31,286 nt of DNA from a virus. Lineage: Duplodnaviria > Caudoviricetes. Positions 26,010 through 31,286 of the stretch are shown here, in pieces (positions within the stretch are counted from its first letter, which is position 1; each line of letters starts with the position of its first letter). Both the position numbers and the translations under genes were made by a program. The notes beneath the pieces were generated by a model, which saw only the letters and a program-made list of their open reading frames with translations, was not told the DNA's origin and searched no databases. Location: positions 1 through 31,286 of the IMG/VR virus record IMGVR_UViG_3300033407_000086. The stretch is one strand, 5' to 3'.

Positions 26010-26936
26010 ATGGCAAAGATACTAATGTTCGCAGACCTTCATATTGATGATTTCAAAACATTCTCAAAAGGTTTTAGCAGGCTGAACAATACTTTAAAAG
26101 CTCTTATCCATGTGTTCGTAACGGCCAATGATCATGGGATCGTGAATATAGGCTTTTCAGGGGACCTTTTCAACAAACAGAAACAACTACCTACGGTTGT
26201 CATAAATTCTACCGTAGAAGTCTTTAAAAGTTTGTTTGAGATGTTTCCCAGTATAGATTTTTACGCAATATCCGGGAACCATGATCTGGCTACACGGTCG
26301 TCAGCTTCAGACGACTATATAACGGCACTTACCTATCTTAGCAGTATATTCGACAGGTTCCACATACTGGACATGAAGACAGCCACCACGGTTGACGGTC
26401 TGACGATCGCAGGTATACCGTACCTCAACTCAAGAGATGAATTTTCCGATGCATTGGATACTATATGCCAGACCGACGGTGTGGACATACTGATGGTTCA
26501 CCAGACTCCAGACGAGTTTATGGACGGTGAAGTGTCGGTGGATGATCAGCGTTTCAAACGTTTTAAGAAAGTATTCTCAGGACATATACATGAGTTCAAC
26601 GAGTACAACCAGTGGTTCATAATGCTGGGAAACCCGCTTCATCAAAATTTATCGGATGAGTGCAGCGACAAATTTATTTGCATATATGACAGCGATACCG
26701 ACGAGCTGGCCCCGTTGCCGACCGCTGGACTGTTCCCAGAATTTAAGCGTGGAACACATAGAGATGACGGTAATTTCTGGATTGAGGATGTAAGTCAAAT
26801 ACAGAACGAAAGCGAACTTATCAACAATTTTTCCACATCGTTGAAAGAGTCTGAACTGTTGGCCAATTACTGCCATGAAATCGGTACGGACGACTTCATT
26901 TTAAAACTGGGTATCAAATGCTTACCAAAAGTATAA
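26010..26936 (+). CDS. SbcD/Mre11-like metallophosphoesterase nuclease
   Basis: 'ADLH', 'GDLF', 'GNHD', 'VHQ', 'GHIH'; start reassigned to ATG 26010. Confidence 0.88.
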   Translation: MAKILMFADLHIDDFKTFSKGFSRLNNTLKALIHVFVTANDHGIVNIGFSGDLFNKQKQLPTVVINSTVEVFKSLFEMFPSIDFYAISGNHDLATRSSASDDYITALTYLSSIFDRFHILDMKTATTVDGLTIAGIPYLNSRDEFSDALDTICQTDGVDILMVHQTPDEFMDGEVSVDDQRFKRFKKVFSGHIHEFNEYNQWFIMLGNPLHQNLSDECSDKFICIYDSDTDELAPLPTAGLFPEFKRGTHRDDGNFWIEDVSQIQNESELINNFSTSLKESELLANYCHEIGTDDFILKLGIKCLPKV

Positions 26937-28729
26937 GATTCAAAAAACTTGGAATCGAAGGTTTCAGGTCTTATAAAGAATACATTGAATTTGACTTTTC
27001 AGACAAAGGGCTGTTTGTCCTGAACGGGCACAATGGCTCTGGTAAGACGTCATTGATCGAAGCGCCGTACTGGTGCCTTACTGGTGACAATCTTAAGGGT
27101 TCGTTGCAAGATGAGCTTATAAATGAGGAATGTCAATATTGTGTTGTAGGCTTATTTATTGAAGTTGATGGCGTTGATTTTCTTATAAGTAGGTCAATAG
27201 GTTCAGAATCGTTGCTTAAAGTTTATGAGAACGGTACATTGATAGGCGCACTCCATAAAAAAGACTCACAAGAATATATAGACCGCCTTTTATCAGTCAG
27301 TAAGGTCACATTGCTTAATACGCTGGTTTTCGGTCAACGTATGAAAAGGCTTGTCGAGACCACTGCATCAGAGCAGCGTGAACTATTTGAAGAGATGTTC
27401 AATATCGGATTTGTGGACGCTGCAAGGTCCAATGCCAAGGACTTAAAAGCCGGGTTGAACGATGAAAAAACAGAGCTGGAAAATAAAACGGCCATATCGG
27501 AAAACAAAGTAAAAATTTGTTTAAATTTGATCGAACAAAACGCCGCTGATATAAACAATTTCAAACAACGTAAGGAAGCACGTATAAAAGACTTGGAAGA
27601 ATCAATAAAAGAGTGGACTGTAAAAAGTGAGAGTGAAAAACTTATACATTTAAAAATGGTCAAAGAGCCTTTAGGAGACATAGGTGAACTGACCAAAAAA
27701 TTTGATGAAACAAACGAAGCGATAGTAACGGTCAACCAAGAGTTGGCTGTTATTGAATCAAAGGTTAAAAGTAAGAAATCTGAGATAGATTCTTTTAAGG
27801 ATAACATAAGTGGTGAATGCCCAACGTGTTTTTCAGAAATAGACTCCAAAGTATATCAGACGACCGTTAAGCGCCGTGTGGCCGATATTAATAAACAGAT
27901 AACCAAACTTAATAAACAGTCCACCAATGAGCGCAACAAACTTAATGAACTGGTAACTCAGCGGGACAAGATCGCTAAAGAGATTAAATCATATCGCGAA
28001 TCGTTGGCGAAATACAACGAAGATATGAATGAAAACCGATTGGCTGAACAGCATAACAATATGATGCTTAAGAGCCGTGAAAACATATTACAAGTAATAA
28101 AAGAAAAACACAAAGAGCTTGGTGATATAATCGCAGACGAAGGCCCTGAAGATTTGCGAGAGTCATATATGGAGGAGATGGGTGCCGCCAATATAGAACT
28201 TGCCGAACTCAAGTTAAAGCTTGACAACTATGATAAGTTGATAAACGGCTTTAATTGGTGGGTGAATACAGGGTTCGGACCTAATGGTTTAAAAGCTTAC
28301 ATTTTCAAATATATGCTGGGACAGTTGAACGCCAACATTGTGAAATACTCAAGCAGGCTGGGCTTGTCCATCAATTTTACCGTTGACGTATCGGGTAAGA
28401 CCAAACGGTTTGAAACGGTCTGTAAAATGCAGGACGGCACTATAAGAAAATACAGTAGCTTGTCAGGTGGTGAAAAGACCCGTGTCGATATATCAATAGC
28501 ATTTGGTATGTTCGACCTACTGAAGTCATCTAAAGTGTCCTTTAATGTGTTGTTACTTGATGAAGTATTTGAGAACCTTGACTTGGAGGGAGTTGAGGAA
28601 GCATTTGAGATCATTAGGGTTTTGGCTGAAGATTCAGCCGTTTATTTGGTAACTTTTAACATGGTTGATTCGTTGGGTGTAAAGACATATACTTTTGACA
28701 AAACCGACGGGACCACTAAAATACATTGA
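26918..28729 (+). CDS. SbcC/Rad50-like ABC ATPase
   Basis: Walker A 'GHNGSGKT', coiled coils around zinc hook 'CPTC', 'LSGGE', 'LLLDE'. Confidence 0.92.
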   Translation: MLTKSIRFKKLGIEGFRSYKEYIEFDFSDKGLFVLNGHNGSGKTSLIEAPYWCLTGDNLKGSLQDELINEECQYCVVGLFIEVDGVDFLISRSIGSESLLKVYENGTLIGALHKKDSQEYIDRLLSVSKVTLLNTLVFGQRMKRLVETTASEQRELFEEMFNIGFVDAARSNAKDLKAGLNDEKTELENKTAISENKVKICLNLIEQNAADINNFKQRKEARIKDLEESIKEWTVKSESEKLIHLKMVKEPLGDIGELTKKFDETNEAIVTVNQELAVIESKVKSKKSEIDSFKDNISGECPTCFSEIDSKVYQTTVKRRVADINKQITKLNKQSTNERNKLNELVTQRDKIAKEIKSYRESLAKYNEDMNENRLAEQHNNMMLKSRENILQVIKEKHKELGDIIADEGPEDLRESYMEEMGAANIELAELKLKLDNYDKLINGFNWWVNTGFGPNGLKAYIFKYMLGQLNANIVKYSSRLGLSINFTVDVSGKTKRFETVCKMQDGTIRKYSSLSGGEKTRVDISIAFGMFDLLKSSKVSFNVLLLDEVFENLDLEGVEEAFEIIRVLAEDSAVYLVTFNMVDSLGVKTYTFDKTDGTTKIH

Positions 28730-28791
28730 CATGTACGGTTTACTTATAATACTTGCTGTTTGGCATTTACTTAACACAATGCTTAACCAGA

Positions 28792-29064
28792 ATGAACGAC
28801 CTTAAGTACATAACGGTAATAATGCAGGGCATGACCACAAGATCGGCCATATTGTTCCGTGGCTGCATAACGCATAAAGAAATGGTGCCCGATGGTTCCA
28901 AAGCAGTTGGCGGTGGTTTCTGTAGGTTGTCAGTAGATGGCGGCGAACTGAACGCGCTATGCTACAGTGAAGCTGTAAGCCTTAACATATCATCCGACCC
29001 GGTAGAAGACGGTATAGCCGTTGTAATGACATTGACCCGGTCGCATTCATACAGTATATATTAA
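28792..29064 (+). CDS. Hypothetical protein
   Basis: 90 aa from ATG 28792, stop overlaps the next start. Confidence 0.6.
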   Translation: MNDLKYITVIMQGMTTRSAILFRGCITHKEMVPDGSKAVGGGFCRLSVDGGELNALCYSEAVSLNISSDPVEDGIAVVMTLTRSHSYSIY

Positions 29065-29381
29065 TGAAACCCTGGACAAAGACATATATGGATCATTTTG
29101 GTTACGGCACTACCGATTTTGTACTAAGCGAGATCAGCGGTGGCAGGTGCGTTGACATACATCATATTGATTGCAGGGGCATGGGTGGGAAAAAGAAAAA
29201 ATACAACATAAATGAATTGGTGGGGCTCACACGTGATGAGCATATCTATTTTGGCGATAAGGAGCAATACATGGATTTTTTGACGGAAGTCCATAATTCG
29301 TTTTTAACCACACAGGTACCCTGGGCTGAAACCAACCCAGACTGCCCTATATTAAAAGAGTATATAAATGGACTTATTTGA
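29064..29381 (+). CDS. Small HNH-like protein with degenerate Zn ligands
   Basis: 'SEISG...VDIHHID...NELVGLTRDEH'. Confidence 0.5.
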   Translation: MKPWTKTYMDHFGYGTTDFVLSEISGGRCVDIHHIDCRGMGGKKKKYNINELVGLTRDEHIYFGDKEQYMDFLTEVHNSFLTTQVPWAETNPDCPILKEYINGLI

Positions 29382-30831
29382 ACTGCCAGCGGTACAACCG
29401 AACAAGCATGTTGAAAAACGGCTGATAAGCGACCCTGATCTTTCATTGCTTTTGGACAGTCAGTATGAAGTGTTCAAATCATTGAACATTTTTATGAAAA
29501 GCGGTGAACGGTTTATGCGTGTCAGGGGTAAAGCTGGTGTAGGTAAGACTTTCTTAATATCAATGTTCATTGAGTATTATCTGTTCAATAACCCCCATAC
29601 ACCGGTATGCATATGTGCGCCGACTAATAAAGCGGTACGTGTAAGCAATACTATGAGCCAATATGAGAACGGCAGTATCAGCTACAAGACCAACCATTCA
29701 GTGCTTGGCATACGGATGAAACGTGAGCACGGTAAAGAAGTGTTTATCCAGTCGGTAAAACCAACGGTGAACAACTTTAAAATGATAGGCTCAGATGAGG
29801 CCAGTATGCTTCATCCTTACATAACCGAACTGATGGACGGCATGTGTGCGAACAAAGTCATATTCATTGGCGACCCTAACCAATTGCCCCCAGTGATTGA
29901 CGACAGTGAAAAAGAGTACTGGTTGGTCAAAGGCTACCCGGTGGACATAAGCCCTATATGGTCAATGCCCATGAATGAAGTCACAATGGATACCATAGTG
30001 CGCCAAGCGCAGGGCAACCCAATAATAACCCTGGCAAACTTATGCACTGAAAAACCTTATGTACCGTTGCCGGACTTCAATGCGGCAAGCAATGTGATAG
30101 ACGGTAAGCTGGTTGGCGTGTTCCAGTTCAACAAACGATCAAGTGATGACTATGAAATGTTCCTTGAACTTATACTTAATTATTTCTTAAGCGACAACTA
30201 CCGACAGGACTTTGATTTCTGCCGGGTGGTATGCTTTACCAACGAGGAAGTTAACAGGTATAATAAGTTCATTAGGAAGCATTATTTCAAAGGCATAGAG
30301 GAGAAAATAGCTGTGGGTGAACGGCTGATCGTATCAGACAGCATAAAGGACCTTGAGTACGAACCACAATATACAGGCGATGAGCATTTACTGTTCAATG
30401 TCAACGATGAGCTTGAAGTCATATCTTATACCATAGAATCATTGGACATTGGCAGGTTACGGCTGAACTATTACGAAGCAAAAGTAATTGACTTAAACAA
30501 GCCTTATAGTCCACCAAAGACCATCAACATAATACACGAGTCGAGTGAGGACATTTTAAAAAAGACTTTGAACACAATGGCAGCAATGGCCAACAACGCC
30601 AAAGGCATACAGAAGTCAAGGTACTGGGAAGCGTTCTACCAGTTAAAAGATTTGTTCGCTGTTGTCATGTATGGTTATGCTTCCACCATACATAAGTCAC
30701 AGGGCTCTACAATCAAGTACGTGTTTTACGATAAGACAGACGAACACTATGTAAAAGACAGCTCGCTGTTGCGGCGGCTGCAATATACAGCGGTTACCAG
30801 GGCAAGCAGTGTGCTTATGATATTATATTAA
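29368..30831 (+). CDS. SF1B helicase (Dda/RecD-like)
   Basis: 'GKAGVGKT', 'APTNKA', 'DEASM', 'GDPNQLPP', 'RQ', 'TIHKSQGST', 'YTAVTRAS'. Confidence 0.92.
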   Translation: MDLFELPAVQPNKHVEKRLISDPDLSLLLDSQYEVFKSLNIFMKSGERFMRVRGKAGVGKTFLISMFIEYYLFNNPHTPVCICAPTNKAVRVSNTMSQYENGSISYKTNHSVLGIRMKREHGKEVFIQSVKPTVNNFKMIGSDEASMLHPYITELMDGMCANKVIFIGDPNQLPPVIDDSEKEYWLVKGYPVDISPIWSMPMNEVTMDTIVRQAQGNPIITLANLCTEKPYVPLPDFNAASNVIDGKLVGVFQFNKRSSDDYEMFLELILNYFLSDNYRQDFDFCRVVCFTNEEVNRYNKFIRKHYFKGIEEKIAVGERLIVSDSIKDLEYEPQYTGDEHLLFNVNDELEVISYTIESLDIGRLRLNYYEAKVIDLNKPYSPPKTINIIHESSEDILKKTLNTMAAMANNAKGIQKSRYWEAFYQLKDLFAVVMYGYASTIHKSQGSTIKYVFYDKTDEHYVKDSSLLRRLQYTAVTRASSVLMILY

Positions 30832-30938
30832 GTTCAAAAAAAATATTTTACTTTTAAGAAAAAAGTTCCTAAAAAATTTGGAAGTCTTAAGAACTTGGTG
30901 TAATTTTGTTTCATCATTAACGATCAAACTAAATCAAT
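30825..30938 (+). repeat. Promoter cassette repeat, copy 3 (114 bp)
   Basis: Identical to 21384-21497. Confidence 0.92.
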
Positions 30939-30939
30939 T

Positions 30940-31286
30940 ATGACAACTTTACAAACCGTAGAACTTGAAAAACTTCAAAAATTAGTAGCTGAACGTATAA
31001 AATACTCTAAGATTTATAGTAGGAGTATTTTAGAGAAAGCAACGACACATACGTCTTGGGATTCAACGTTTACTTACCCATCTTTAATGGAGTTTACAGT
31101 AGAAGCTCGCTGGTATAAAATACTTGAAGAATTGTTGAGTTACCTACATACGCCAAATGTAAGTAAGGGTATTATCATGAGTTCTTTGATGGATAATTTC
31201 AATATTAAGAAAATTACCGTTGAAAATTATTCAGGCATATTTGCCGCTGCTGAATCATCGACTTATAAAGAGATTGTCAAACGTAA
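30940..31286 (+). CDS. Hypothetical protein, 3'-truncated by the window edge
   Basis: ATG 30940 (MTTLQTVELEKLQKLVAERIK...), frame open to the end; absent from the ORF track. Confidence 0.7.
   Translation, partial: MTTLQTVELEKLQKLVAERIKYSKIYSRSILEKATTHTSWDSTFTYPSLMEFTVEARWYKILEELLSYLHTPNVSKGIIMSSLMDNFNIKKITVENYSGIFAAAESSTYKEIVKR

Noticed and set aside
292-29446. Numerous short ORFs antisense to or nested in the main genes (e.g. 5281-5706, 11669-12142, 20201-20635, 27334-27849, 2499-2867)
   Set aside because: Shadow frames of genes with clear motifs or operon fit; no motifs or expression signals of their own
21384-30938. Repeats as CRISPR array, IS ends or att sites
   Set aside because: Copies are kb apart, about 100 bp, direct, and contain a promoter consensus; no cas, transposase or integrase in the window
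1-31286. Stop-codon recoding (no accepted gene ends in TAG; odd tRNAs present)
   Set aside because: Genes are full length and tightly packed under code 11 with no in-frame TAG or TGA breaks; TGA is used often as a stop; low TAG use is common in AT-rich phages

Overview
This is a 31 kb segment of a lytic-type tailed dsDNA phage, most likely infecting Bacteroidota (at least seven TAnnTTTG promoter boxes, AT-rich ribosome-binding regions without Shine-Dalgarno). From left to right: (1) end of a structural/lysis block (partial tail-fibre-like gene, Cys-rich lipoprotein, holin). (2) Short leftward block (HD nucleotidase, Holliday junction resolvase). (3) Replication module: DnaB-type helicase, a non-coding probable origin with palindromic iterons and hairpins, HTH initiator-like protein behind a structured leader, primase, SF2 helicase, family A polymerase with an N-terminal UDG-like domain, SSB, NinB-like protein. 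(4) Tightly coupled putative DNA hypermodification operon: DUF6378-like protein, atypical C5 cytosine methyltransferase, GT-B glycosyltransferase, HAD phosphatase-SIS isomerase fusion, AlsE/Rpe-family epimerase, nucleotidyltransferase-kinase fusion and an atypical dUTPase, followed by a thymidylate-synthase-family enzyme with the dCMP-specific Asp. (5) Nucleotide and recombination genes (exonucleases, dCMP deaminase, SbcCD, Dda/RecD) and two aberrant tRNA-like genes. Three copies of a 96-114 bp promoter cassette partition the right third. The best candidate for an undescribed system is a self-contained pathway that builds an unusual NDP-sugar (possibly allose/altrose or a pentose) and attaches it to modified cytosine. 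All assignments come from motifs read by eye; no searches were run.
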